Source of the DNA: Burkholderiales bacterium
GTDB lineage: Bacteria > Pseudomonadota > Gammaproteobacteria > Burkholderiales > Casimicrobiaceae
DNA: 60,768 nt
Direction: 5' to 3'
Assembly: GCA_020845855.1 (NCBI GenBank)
Contig: JADLEZ010000300.1
Coordinates: 1-60,768, forward strand
Shown here: piece after piece, positions 1 to 9,207 of the stretch
Layout: each line of letters opens with the position of its first letter
Position numbering within the stretch: position 1 is the stretch's first letter
Program-made: the position numbers and the translations under genes
The notes under the pieces: model-generated
What the model saw: the letters and a program-made list of their open reading frames with translations, nothing else
What the model was told of the DNA's origin: nothing
The model's database searches: none

Positions 1-556
1 CGGGATACCACGTCGCGAGCACCCAATCGAGCATCGGCCACGCCATCTGCGGGAAACCGGGGAAGAAGCTGTGGCCGCGGATCGCGAACGCGGCAACGCC
101 GTTGAACGGGTTGGGAATGATGCGGCTGCCTGCCGGAAACTCCGCCATCAGCACGCGGTTGGGATAGGCCTCGGCGCCGAAGCGCGCCTCGATCTCGGCG
201 ACCGCTTCCGGGTGGCGTTCGAGCGCCACGCCGAGCGCCGCGGCCGCGGCCTGCCGGGTGTGATCGTCCGGCGTCGCGCCGATGCCGCCGAAGGCGAACA
301 CCATGTCGCCGCGCGCGAACGAGTCGCGCAGGAGGCAGGTGAGGCGCTCGCGGTCGTCGCCGGCGTAGTGCGCGTAGTCGAGCGCGAGCCCGCGCGCGGC
401 GAGGGTCTCGATGACGTGCGAAAGGTGACGGTCCTGCCGCTTGCCCGACAGAATTTCGTCGCCGATGATGAGGGCGCCGATGGGAAGGGTCAGATTCGAA
501 TTTCGCGGGGTCAGATTCGAATTTCGTTCTGCGGACGAAACAGCAGGAAGCGGCAT
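1..556 (-). CDS. CinA-like / molybdopterin-binding (MoCF_biosynth) domain protein, 3' end outside the window; start uncertain
   Basis: Manual minus-strand translation: IGALIIGDEILSGKRQD...GDD...FGGIGATPDDHTRQA...FFPGFPQMAWPM. Not in the ORF track. The nearest in-frame ATG (556) lies inside the adjacent repeat. Confidence 0.85.
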   Translation of the reverse strand, partial: MPLPAVSSAERNSNLTPRNSNLTLPIGALIIGDEILSGKRQDRHLSHVIETLAARGLALDYAHYAGDDRERLTCLLRDSFARGDMVFAFGGIGATPDDHTRQAAAAALGVALERHPEAVAEIEARFGAEAYPNRVLMAEFPAGSRIIPNPFNGVAAFAIRGHSFFPGFPQMAWPMLDWVLATWYP

Positions 557-738
557 GTCATAGAGATGGAGCAGAAATTCGACTCTGACCCCGTGTCCAG
601 GCTGATAGAAATGGAGCAGAAATTCGACTCTGACCCTACTTTGGCATCGAAAGAGGGTCAGAGCCGAATTTCTGCTGCACCACGGACGACGCGAGATCAG
701 TGCTGCCTCGCCCGCAAGACGAAATTCGGATCTGACCC
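487..738. repeat. Cluster of family A palindromic elements (GGGTCAGA...TCTGACCC): full units 507-592 and 655-738 in opposite orientations, plus duplicated arms 487-505 and 605-636
   Basis: Terminal inverted repeats GGGTCAGAnTCGAATTTC / GAAATTCGAnTCTGACCC read directly. Homologous to 14992, 21697 and 32472. Confidence 0.92.
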
Positions 739-3113
739 TATGCCACCTCCGGAAACTTCTGCTCGATCTGCGTGATCATGCTGGTGAACGCGCGGTCGAT
801 CAGCGGCTCGGCCTCGACCACGCGCGCGCGATCGGCGCGGAAGCGCGCGGCGAGCTCCTCGGCGGTCATCGACAGCGCCTTCTGGCCCTGGCGGTTGGTG
901 AACAGGTACGTGCCGCGCAGCGGACTCACCCACGCGAGCTTGGCGAACGCGAGGTGGCCGTCCTCCGCTTCGAACTCGATCCACATGCCGCGCTCGAGGC
1001 TGCGCGCGATCTCGAGGTAGTCGTCGTCGATGATCTCGCGCTCGGGCTCGACCGGCTCCGGCTGCGCCTGCGTCATCGCGTCGGCGAGCGCTTCCGCCTT
1101 CAGCGCGGCCTCCTGGTTGCCGGCCGCCTTGGCGAGCTCGGCCTGCGCCCGCGCCGCCTCCGCGACCGCCGCGGTCGGCGAGACGTTCTCCTTGATCGCG
1201 GGCTTCACCGCCGCGGCATGCGCCTCGACGAGGTTCGCCATGAAAGCCTCGCGCTCGTCGGCCGTCCAGCCGCGGTTGTGCATGCCGCCGGACAGCCGCT
1301 TCAGGAGCGAGGGCAGAAGCGCCACCAGGTGCCGCCGGTCCTCCGGCGTCTTCTTCGGCTGCACGCTCCAGACGAGGTCCTCGAGCGTCGTGACCGACAG
1401 GCTCCACGGCTCGCCCTCCTCGCCCGAGTCGAGGTAGACGCGCTCCAGCGCGCCCTGCCACTTGTGGCGCAGGAACGAGGCGAGGAAGTTCGGCACCGGC
1501 GTCGACTCGATGCGCTTCTCGATCTCCGCCTTGGCCACCACCGTGGCGACCTGCTGGCGGTCGGTCTGGTTGATCTCGTCCGCGGTCGACTGGATGGTCT
1601 GCTCGGCCGCGCGCTCCTCTTCCGCGAGGAAATCCTCGAGCACGACCCGCTGCTCGTCGAAGATCGCGAGGTCGTCGCTGAAGTCGTCGAGGATCTTGTG
1701 GACGATCTGGTCGATCTTGCGATAGAGCGGGTCTTCCGTGCCCATCGCGGTCGCCCAGCCGAGGCCCGCCTTTGCCAGCCCGTTGACGAGCACCCGCGAC
1801 GGGTGCGTCTTTTTCGCGAAGAACGCGCCGTCCAGCATCGCCGCCTTCAGCACCGGGATCTGCAGGCGTGCGAGCAGCGCCTTGATGCCGTCGGGCAGGT
1901 CCTTGGTGTCGAAGATGAAGTCGAACAGCATCGCGACCATCTCGATGGTCATCGACTCGAGCTGGTTCGCCTTCTGGCCGAGTGGGGAGTCCTGCAGGTC
2001 GCGCAGGACGTTGTGCAATCCGTCGGGGATGCCGGAGAACGCGACCTGCGCGCCGCCGACGTCGAAATCGGAGTGCCCGGCTTGCAACCGCGTCAGGCCC
2101 TCGTGCAGGTCGCGGCTCTGGATGATCGGCGCGCCGGGAACGTAGCCGGACGGCGTCGGCCGCATCGGCACGAATGCCGATGCAGGCGGTGGCGGTGCGG
2201 CGGCCATCGGCATGTTGATCACGGGCAGGTCGTCGCCGGGCGGCGCCATCTGCGGCATCGGGTACGGCGCCTGCGGCGCCACGGGGGCCTGCGGCGTTGC
2301 GCTGCCGTACATGCGCTTGAACATCGCCATCACGTCGATCTCGGACGGCTGCGGCGGTGACAGCGGGCGATGCGGCGGCGGCGACGGCTGCTGCCTGGCC
2401 AGCCGGTCGGCGGCGCTTTCCTTGCGGACGATGCCGTGGCGGCCCGCGGCCGGCATGGCGTTCTGGCGCGTCAGGTGCGCGTTCAGATGCGCGTAGATCG
2501 CATTGATATCGCCGAGCTGCGCCTGGTTCAGATCCTTCATGATCTGGAACTGGACCTTGCGGTCGGTCTTGAGCGAGCCGACCGCTTTCGAGAACGCGCC
2601 CACGATGGTCGCCGGGCCCAGCGGGTTACGGTCGGTCGCAAGGTCGGGCTGGCCCAGGAGATAGCCTACGCCGCGGTTGAATGTGGCGAGCTCGTCGTGG
2701 CAAAGGTTCTCCACCACGCGGGTGATGTTCCCCTGCAGCACCGCCTCGTCCATCGTCAGCGTCTCGACCAGCGCAAGACTGGACGCGTCGACCTGCGAGA
2801 AGTCGGCCTTCGGCTCGCTGCGGCCGTGGATGCGCTCGTCGATGAGCTTTTTCAACTGTCGCTCGAACTCCGCCATGAGCGCTGGCCGTTCGCCCATGAG
2901 CGTGCCGCGGGCGTCGAGGAACAGCTGCTGCTCCTCGCGCACGTCGGTCTTGCCCGCGCGATCCATCAGCAGGTCGCCGACGCGATCGAGGATCTGCGCG
3001 AACACCGTGGTCAGCCGCACGATCGCCAAGTCGCGGCATTCGTTGAGAATGCGCGCAAGCTCCCGCGCCGGCTGCTGCCTGGCGCCGGCCGGTGTCGTGG
3101 TGGTTGCGCTCAC
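738..3113 (-). CDS. DUF1631 family protein
   Basis: 791 aa ORF with LARLQIPVLKAAMLDGAFF..KTHPSR and C-terminal GMWIEF...KLAWVSPLRGTYLFTNRQG, typical of DUF1631. Confidence 0.8.
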   Translation of the reverse strand: MSATTTTPAGARQQPARELARILNECRDLAIVRLTTVFAQILDRVGDLLMDRAGKTDVREEQQLFLDARGTLMGERPALMAEFERQLKKLIDERIHGRSEPKADFSQVDASSLALVETLTMDEAVLQGNITRVVENLCHDELATFNRGVGYLLGQPDLATDRNPLGPATIVGAFSKAVGSLKTDRKVQFQIMKDLNQAQLGDINAIYAHLNAHLTRQNAMPAAGRHGIVRKESAADRLARQQPSPPPHRPLSPPQPSEIDVMAMFKRMYGSATPQAPVAPQAPYPMPQMAPPGDDLPVINMPMAAAPPPPASAFVPMRPTPSGYVPGAPIIQSRDLHEGLTRLQAGHSDFDVGGAQVAFSGIPDGLHNVLRDLQDSPLGQKANQLESMTIEMVAMLFDFIFDTKDLPDGIKALLARLQIPVLKAAMLDGAFFAKKTHPSRVLVNGLAKAGLGWATAMGTEDPLYRKIDQIVHKILDDFSDDLAIFDEQRVVLEDFLAEEERAAEQTIQSTADEINQTDRQQVATVVAKAEIEKRIESTPVPNFLASFLRHKWQGALERVYLDSGEEGEPWSLSVTTLEDLVWSVQPKKTPEDRRHLVALLPSLLKRLSGGMHNRGWTADEREAFMANLVEAHAAAVKPAIKENVSPTAAVAEAARAQAELAKAAGNQEAALKAEALADAMTQAQPEPVEPEREIIDDDYLEIARSLERGMWIEFEAEDGHLAFAKLAWVSPLRGTYLFTNRQGQKALSMTAEELAARFRADRARVVEAEPLIDRAFTSMITQIEQKFPEVA

Positions 3114-3242
3114 GGTCTTTGTGGGGTTCTTCGACTCGTCAAAGCGTTAGGCAAGATTACGGCGAACTTACTGTAGCACAGACGCGCGCGCCGCATGGCA
3201 GCGCCCGCCGGCCCGCGAACTAGGGGTCGATGCGCGGCGGGT

Positions 3243-6200
3243 TCAGCGCATGAGCTCAGTCCACGCCCGCTCCACCCGCTTGAGCGATACCGGGTACGGC
3301 GTCTTGAGCTCCTGAGCGAACAGCGATACCCGCAGTTCCTCCAGCAGCCAGCGGAAGGCTTCCAGCCGCAGGTCCGCCCGGCCCGCGGCGCGGTCCTGGT
3401 CGACCCGTTCCCGATAGCGCCGCCACCATTGCCCCACCTGCTCGCCGTGGCGCGCGTCGCGCTCGGCGCGCTCCGCGTACTTGGCAAGGCGCCGGTCGAG
3501 GGCCATGAGGTACCGCGGCAGATGGGAAAGCTGCTCCCAGGGCGTTGCCCGCAGGAAGCCCGGGTATACGAGCGCGTCACGCGCGGCCCGCACTTCGGCC
3601 GAAACCCGCGTCCACGCCTTGGGCGTGGAGGCCAGCCGCTGGCCGAGGGCATGATGCTGCTCGGCGATTTCGGCAACGAGGCGAAAAGCCCCGGCCATCA
3701 CGGCGGGCAGCCGGGTACGGGCGCGCCGGACCTGCTCGGCAAACGCCTTCTCGGAGCGCGGCAGCGGATCATCGGCAAGAAAGGCGCGAACCTCCGCTGC
3801 CTCGCGCAAGTCGGCGAGCAGGCGGTCGGTGGGAATCGCGGCCTTGAGCCGCAGCGCGGCTTCCGCGAAGCCCGGCGCCCCCTTGCTGTAGCCTGCAAGA
3901 ACGTCGCCCAAGGCGATCCGCAGCAGGCGCAGCACGCCGGCGCGGGTCGACTCTTCCGCCGCCGGGGCGGTGTCGAGCAGGGCGAGCGAGATGGAAGTGC
4001 CGTCGTCGACCAGCGCGGGGTAGCCCTTGATGCGCGTGCCGCCGCGGTCGAAGGCGAGCGACTCGGGCAGGTCCCCGAAATCCCACTGCTCGAGGCCCTT
4101 GCGCTCGAACGCCGGGCCGGTCGCCGCAAACGACAGGCTCGCCGCCTGTCCGAGCTGCGCGCGCAGCGCCGCGAGGTCGCGGCCGGCGGCAAGCTCGGCG
4201 CCGGCGTCGTCCACGACGGTCACGTTGACGGCGAGATGCGCGGGCAAGCCGACATCGGCAAAAAGAGTCGACGGCTGCGCTTCGGCCAGCCGCTGCGAAA
4301 GGTGCTTGCGCAGCGCGTCGGGCAGCGCCTGCGCGGGGTCGGCCGCCGATTCGAGGAACGCGGTCACGGCGTCGGGTATCGGGATCACCCGACCGCGCAG
4401 CGCCTTGGGCAGCGCCTTGAGGTAATGGGTGACCTTCTCGCGCACCATGCCCGGGACGAGCCAGGACAAGCGCGCGTCGTCGACCTGGTTCAGAAGGCGC
4501 AGCGGCACGGTCAGCGTGAGGCCGTCGAGCGGATGGCCGGGCGAGAAGCGGTAGGCAAGCGGCAGCGTGGTCCCGGCCAAGTCCATCGTCTCCGGAAACA
4601 GCTCGACGGTGACCGCGCTCGCCGCGTGGCGCATGAGCTCGTCGCGGGTGAGGAACAGAAGGCGCGGTGTGGCACGCTCCGCTCCCTCGCGCCAGCGCTC
4701 GAAGCTCGCCGCCGAGTGCACGCCGGCGGGAATGCGCTCGGCGTAGAACGCGGCGATCGCCGCGTCGTCGACCAGCACGTCCTGCCGCCGCGCCTTGTGC
4801 TCGAGGTGGGCGACCTCGGCGACCAGGTCGCGGTTGTGCGCGAGGAACGCGCCGCGCGTGCGCAGCGCCCCGGCGACCAGCGCCTCGCGGATGAACACCT
4901 CGCGTGCGAGCACGGGGTCCACCGGACCCAGCGACACCGGCCGGCGCGCGACCAGCGTGAGGCCGAAAAGCTGCACGCGCTCGCTCGCCGCCACTTCGCC
5001 GCGCCGCTCTTCCCAGTGCGCGTCGAAGTAGTCGCGGCTGACGCGCTCGCCCGCGACTTGCTCGACCCATGCAGGCTCGATCCTCGCCGCGCAACGCGCG
5101 TACAGGCGCGTGGTCTCCGTGAGCTCGGCGGCAAGGATCCACTTGCCACCGGTTCGACTGCCCTCCGCGCGGAGGCGCAAGGGGCTTGTTCGCGCCTGGG
5201 AACGGTCCTGCGCCTGGGCGCTCACGCGTGCGAGGCCCGACCCCGGATGCAGCCAGAAGCGCAAGCCGCGCGCGCCGAGGTAGTGGTCCTCGCCTTCCGC
5301 CTTGACCCCGATGTTGCCGAGCAAGCCCGCGAGCAGCCCTTTGTGCAACGTGGCGTAGCGCGCGTCGTCGAACTGCTTCGGCAACTCCCGCCGCCACGAC
5401 CAGCCCGCCTCCTCGAGCGTGGCCACGAGCTGGCGGTGCACGTCGCGCCATTCGAGAAGCCGCAGGAACGACACGAACTGCGCGCGGCAGGCGTCGACCA
5501 CGCGGCGGTGCGACAGCTTTTGCGCGGAGAGCTCCGCGAAGAACTCCCACAGCGCAACGAGCGAAAGGAAATCCGAGCGCTCGTCGCGAAAACGCAGATG
5601 CGCCTGGTCGGCGGCCTGCGCGCGCGCAAGCGGGCGCTCGCGTGGGTCGGGCACCGCGAGCGCGCTCGCGATCACCAGCGCTTCCGGCAGGCACGTAAGC
5701 TCGCGCGCGGCGAGCACGATACGCCCGATGCGCGGGTCGAGGGGTAGGCGCGCGAGCTCGCGCCCCAGTGGCGTGAGCGCCCGTTCCGCGTCGACCGCGC
5801 CGAGCTCCTGCAGGAGCTGGTACCCGTCGGCGATCGCACGCGGCGGCGGCGGCTCGAGGAAGGGGAACGCGTCGACCGGCCCCAAGTCGAGCGAGGCCAT
5901 GCGCAGGATCACCGACGCGAGCGAGCTTCGCAGGATCTCGGGGTCGGTGTAGCGCGAGCGCTTGGCAAAGTCACCTTCCGCATACAGGCGCACGCAAACG
6001 CCGTCCTGCACGCGGCCGCTGCGCCCCGCGCGCTGTTGCGCCGCCGCCTGCGACACCTTCTCGATCTTGAGCAGCGTGGTCTTGTTGCGCACGCTGTAGC
6101 GCTTGACCCGCGCGAGCCCGGTGTCGATCACGCTGCGGATACCCGGAACCGTGAGCGAGGTCTCCGCGACGTTGGTCGCGAGCACGATGCGCCGCCCTTT

Positions 6201-7253
6201 GCTCGGCGCGAACACGCGCTGCTGCTCGGCCACCGACAGCCGCGCGTACAGCGGCAGGATCTCGACATCGCGCCCGTACGGGCGGCGGGCGAGGGCCGCA
6301 CGCAGGAGGTCGCCCGTCTCGCGGATCTCGCGCTCGCCGGGCAGGAACACGAGGATGTCGCCGGGACCGGCGCGCCACAGGTCCTCGGCCGCGCTCGCCA
6401 CCGCCTCCTCGACGTCCTCCTCGTCGTCGGCTTCGCGATCCTCGTCTTCCGAACCGAGGGCGCGGTCTCCGGCGAGTGGCCGGTAGCGGACCTCGACCGG
6501 ATACGTGCGGCCGGACACCTCGATCACCGGCGCCGGCCTGTCCGCGGCGCCGAAGTGGTGCGCGAAGCGGTCGGCATCGAGGGTTGCCGAGGTCACGATG
6601 ACTTTGAGGTCCGGCCGGCGCGCGAGAAGCTGTTTGAGGTAGCCCAACAGGAAGTCGATGTTGAGGCTGCGCTCGTGCGCCTCGTCGACGATGATCGTGT
6701 CGTAGGCCGTCAAGTCGCGGTCGCCCTGCGTCTCGGCGAGGAGGATCCCGTCGGTCATGAGCTTGATGAGCGCCGAGGGCTTGGTGTGGTCGGTGAAGCG
6801 GACCTTGTAGCCAACCGTGTTGCCCACCTCCTCGGACAGCTCCTGGGCGATGCGCGCGGCGACCGCGCGCGCCGCGATGCGGCGCGGCTGGGTATGCCCG
6901 ATCATGCCGCGCTCGCCGCGACCCGCACGCAGGGCGATCTTGGGCAGTTGGGTCGTCTTGCCCGAGCCAGTCTCGCCGCACACGATGACCACCGGGTGCG
7001 TGCGGATGGCGCGCTCGATGTCGTCCGCCCGCTGCGAGACCGGCAGTTCCGGCGGGTAGGCGAACGCGGGCTTGGCGGCGGCGCGCGCCGCCCGCCGGGC
7101 AAGGGAGCGCGTGAAGTCGGCCTCGATCCGGGTCAACTCCGCCGCCGGCGCCTTGTGCGAGCGCGCGCGGGCAAGACGCCGGGCGAGGCGCGCGGCGTCG
7201 TCCGCCATGGCCTGCGGCAGGCGGGCGGCGAGTTCGGCATAGGCAGACGTCAT
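3243..7253 (-). CDS. hrpA: ATP-dependent RNA helicase HrpA
   Basis: 1336 aa with GETGSGKTTQLP, DEAHERS, SAT, TNVAETSLT, QRAGRSGR and C-terminal LEELRVSLFAQEL. Confidence 0.96.
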   Translation of the reverse strand: MTSAYAELAARLPQAMADDAARLARRLARARSHKAPAAELTRIEADFTRSLARRAARAAAKPAFAYPPELPVSQRADDIERAIRTHPVVIVCGETGSGKTTQLPKIALRAGRGERGMIGHTQPRRIAARAVAARIAQELSEEVGNTVGYKVRFTDHTKPSALIKLMTDGILLAETQGDRDLTAYDTIIVDEAHERSLNIDFLLGYLKQLLARRPDLKVIVTSATLDADRFAHHFGAADRPAPVIEVSGRTYPVEVRYRPLAGDRALGSEDEDREADDEEDVEEAVASAAEDLWRAGPGDILVFLPGEREIRETGDLLRAALARRPYGRDVEILPLYARLSVAEQQRVFAPSKGRRIVLATNVAETSLTVPGIRSVIDTGLARVKRYSVRNKTTLLKIEKVSQAAAQQRAGRSGRVQDGVCVRLYAEGDFAKRSRYTDPEILRSSLASVILRMASLDLGPVDAFPFLEPPPPRAIADGYQLLQELGAVDAERALTPLGRELARLPLDPRIGRIVLAARELTCLPEALVIASALAVPDPRERPLARAQAADQAHLRFRDERSDFLSLVALWEFFAELSAQKLSHRRVVDACRAQFVSFLRLLEWRDVHRQLVATLEEAGWSWRRELPKQFDDARYATLHKGLLAGLLGNIGVKAEGEDHYLGARGLRFWLHPGSGLARVSAQAQDRSQARTSPLRLRAEGSRTGGKWILAAELTETTRLYARCAARIEPAWVEQVAGERVSRDYFDAHWEERRGEVAASERVQLFGLTLVARRPVSLGPVDPVLAREVFIREALVAGALRTRGAFLAHNRDLVAEVAHLEHKARRQDVLVDDAAIAAFYAERIPAGVHSAASFERWREGAERATPRLLFLTRDELMRHAASAVTVELFPETMDLAGTTLPLAYRFSPGHPLDGLTLTVPLRLLNQVDDARLSWLVPGMVREKVTHYLKALPKALRGRVIPIPDAVTAFLESAADPAQALPDALRKHLSQRLAEAQPSTLFADVGLPAHLAVNVTVVDDAGAELAAGRDLAALRAQLGQAASLSFAATGPAFERKGLEQWDFGDLPESLAFDRGGTRIKGYPALVDDGTSISLALLDTAPAAEESTRAGVLRLLRIALGDVLAGYSKGAPGFAEAALRLKAAIPTDRLLADLREAAEVRAFLADDPLPRSEKAFAEQVRRARTRLPAVMAGAFRLVAEIAEQHHALGQRLASTPKAWTRVSAEVRAARDALVYPGFLRATPWEQLSHLPRYLMALDRRLAKYAERAERDARHGEQVGQWWRRYRERVDQDRAAGRADLRLEAFRWLLEELRVSLFAQELKTPYPVSLKRVERAWTELMR
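5151..5225 (-). repeat. Family F element inserted in-frame within hrpA
   Basis: Minus strand GCAGGACCGTTCCCAGGCGCGAACAAGCCCCTTGCGCCTCCGCGCGGAGGGCAGTCGAA aligns with intergenic 20716-20773 and 35641-35700. Confidence 0.7.
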
Positions 7254-7360
7254 TTACGGCCGCGAATTCTACCGCCCGGCTGCTCCCCGGTTTCCCGTAT
7301 CATCCCCGCCTTGCGGGCGCGCCCCGACCCGGGGGCTCGCCCGATCCTCGGGAGAACGCC

Positions 7361-8947
7361 ATGTTCCACAAACGCACGCTCGCAGCCGTCACGCTCGCCG
7401 TCCTCGCCGGGTTGACGACCGTGGCCGCCGACGCCGTCACGCTGCGCTGGGCCGGCCGCGGCGACATGCAGACCACCGACCCGCACTCGCAGAACGAAGG
7501 CCTCACCAACAACATCAACAGCCTGGTCTACGAGTTTCTCGTTCAGCGCGACAAGCAGTTGAAACTCGTTCCCTCGCTCGCCGAGTCGTGGACGCAGGTC
7601 AACCCAACCACCTGGCGCTTCAAGTTGCGCCCGAACGTCAAGTTCCACGACGGCACGCCGTTCACCGCCGACGACGTGGTGTTCAGCTTCGAGCGCGCCC
7701 GGTCCGATACCTCGCAGCTTCGCGCCTACGCCAACGCGTCCGGCATGCCGAAGAAGATCGACGACCTCACCGTCGAGTTCACGACCAACGGGCCGAACCC
7801 GATCGAGCTCGAGCACGTCGCCACCATCAACATCATGTCCAAGGCGTGGTGCGAGAAGCACAAGTGCCAGAAGCCGCAGAACTTCGCGGCCAAGGAAGAC
7901 ATGATCACGGCGCGCGAGGCCAACGGCACCGGGCCCTACTCGCTGGTCACGCGGCAGCCGGACGTCAAGACCGTGCTCAAGAAGAATCCCAACTGGTGGG
8001 GCATCAAGGCCGGCTACTTCGACGGCAACGTCGACGACGTGATCTACACGCCGATCGTCTCCGACGCGACCCGTGTGGCCGCACTCATCTCCGGCGAGGT
8101 CGACCTCGTCAACGACCCGCCGCCGCAGGACGTGCCGCGCCTTTCGCAGACGCCCAACGTGAAGGTGATCGAAGGGGTCGAGAACCGGGTCGTGTTCATC
8201 GGCATGGACCAGGCGCGCGACGAGCTCCTGTATTCCAACGTCAAGGGCAAGAATCCGTTCAAGGACCTGCGCGTGCGCCAGGCGCTGTACCACGCGGTCG
8301 ACATCGAGGCGATCAACAAGGCGACCATGCGCGGCCTGTCGAAGCCGACGGGGGCGATCCTGCCGTCGCCCGTGATGTCCACGCCCGCGATCGAGAAGCG
8401 CCTGCCGTTCGACAAGGACAAGGCGAAGAAGCTCCTGGCCGATGCGGGCTATCCCAACGGCTTCGAAGTCACACTCGACTGCCCGAACAACCGGTACGTC
8501 AACGACGAGCGCATCTGCCAGGCGCTGGCCGCGATGTGGTCGCAGATCGGCGTAGCCACCAAGGTCAACGCGATGCCGCGCGCGCTGTACTTCCCGAAAC
8601 TCGAGAAGACCGACACGAGCCTGTACATGCTGGGCTGGGGTGGCGCCTCGACCGATCCTATTTTCACGCTGCAGCCGGTGCTGTCGACCTACAACGGCAA
8701 GGGCGACGGCGACTTCAACTACGGCCGCTACTCGAACAAGAAGGTCGACGAGTTGACGGCCAAGGTCAAGGTCGACATGACCGAAGCGCGGATCGGCTAC
8801 ATGCACGATGGGTTGCTGGCGGCGAACGCGGAAGTGAACCTGATCCCGCTGCACCGGCAGGTCATTCCGTGGGCGGCGCGCAGCAACGTGACGGTGGTGC
8901 ACCGCGCCGACAACAACGTCACACCGTATTGGGCGACGGTGAAATAG
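7361..8947 (+). CDS. ABC transporter substrate-binding protein, family 5 (DppA/OppA-like)
   Basis: Signal peptide, LAESW, KFHDGTPFTADDVVFS, GTGPY and DLRVRQAL motifs. Confidence 0.93.
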   Translation: MFHKRTLAAVTLAVLAGLTTVAADAVTLRWAGRGDMQTTDPHSQNEGLTNNINSLVYEFLVQRDKQLKLVPSLAESWTQVNPTTWRFKLRPNVKFHDGTPFTADDVVFSFERARSDTSQLRAYANASGMPKKIDDLTVEFTTNGPNPIELEHVATINIMSKAWCEKHKCQKPQNFAAKEDMITAREANGTGPYSLVTRQPDVKTVLKKNPNWWGIKAGYFDGNVDDVIYTPIVSDATRVAALISGEVDLVNDPPPQDVPRLSQTPNVKVIEGVENRVVFIGMDQARDELLYSNVKGKNPFKDLRVRQALYHAVDIEAINKATMRGLSKPTGAILPSPVMSTPAIEKRLPFDKDKAKKLLADAGYPNGFEVTLDCPNNRYVNDERICQALAAMWSQIGVATKVNAMPRALYFPKLEKTDTSLYMLGWGGASTDPIFTLQPVLSTYNGKGDGDFNYGRYSNKKVDELTAKVKVDMTEARIGYMHDGLLAANAEVNLIPLHRQVIPWAARSNVTVVHRADNNVTPYWATVK

Positions 8948-8950
8948 CTT

Positions 8951-9047
8951 CGTCCGCAAATCACGTGTCCGCGGTCGCTTCGCGACGAGCTGCGTGATTT
9001 GCGGCCGGGAGAGCTACCGCAGCCGGCTTGGGGCGGCCCTCGGCTCC
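8951..9047 (+). repeat. Family C ~97-bp structured element
   Basis: Its reverse complement matches 24612-24709. Internal stem CCGCAAATCACG/CGTGATTTGCGG. Confidence 0.85.
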
Positions 9048-9090
9048 ATGCCATGCGCTGCCGACGTGAGGCGCGAATAGAGACAAGACT

Positions 9091-9207
9091 GTGTCATCCC
9101 GAGCGAAGCGAGGGATCTGCTTTCAGCCAAATCAAACGGTTGTGAAGGACAACAGCAGATCCCTCGCTTCGCTCGGGATGACACCACGTTTTTCAACGAG
9201 CTGCTAG
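9091..9207. repeat. Family B palindrome (GTCATCCCGAGCGAAGCGAGGGATC...GATCCCTCGCTTCGCTCGGGATGAC) with TTTTCAACGAGCTGCTAG tail
   Basis: Long inverted repeat 9091-9184. The same arms and tail occur at 41154-41274. Confidence 0.92.

Noticed and set aside
487-738. Possible CRISPR array (repeats with variable 21-23 nt cores; also 32415-32580)
   Set aside because: The units are inverted pairs dispersed across the window, the cores resemble each other in two subgroups rather than being unique spacers, and no cas genes are present.
71-775. ORF with repeated peptides IEMEQKFDSDP and GQIRIS
   Set aside because: It is antisense to the CinA-like gene, and the peptide repeats are just translated family A arms.
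3195-5747. 850-aa plus-strand ORF and many similar long overlapping ORFs
   Set aside because: Antisense or alternative-frame shadows of recognisable genes, expected at this GC content.
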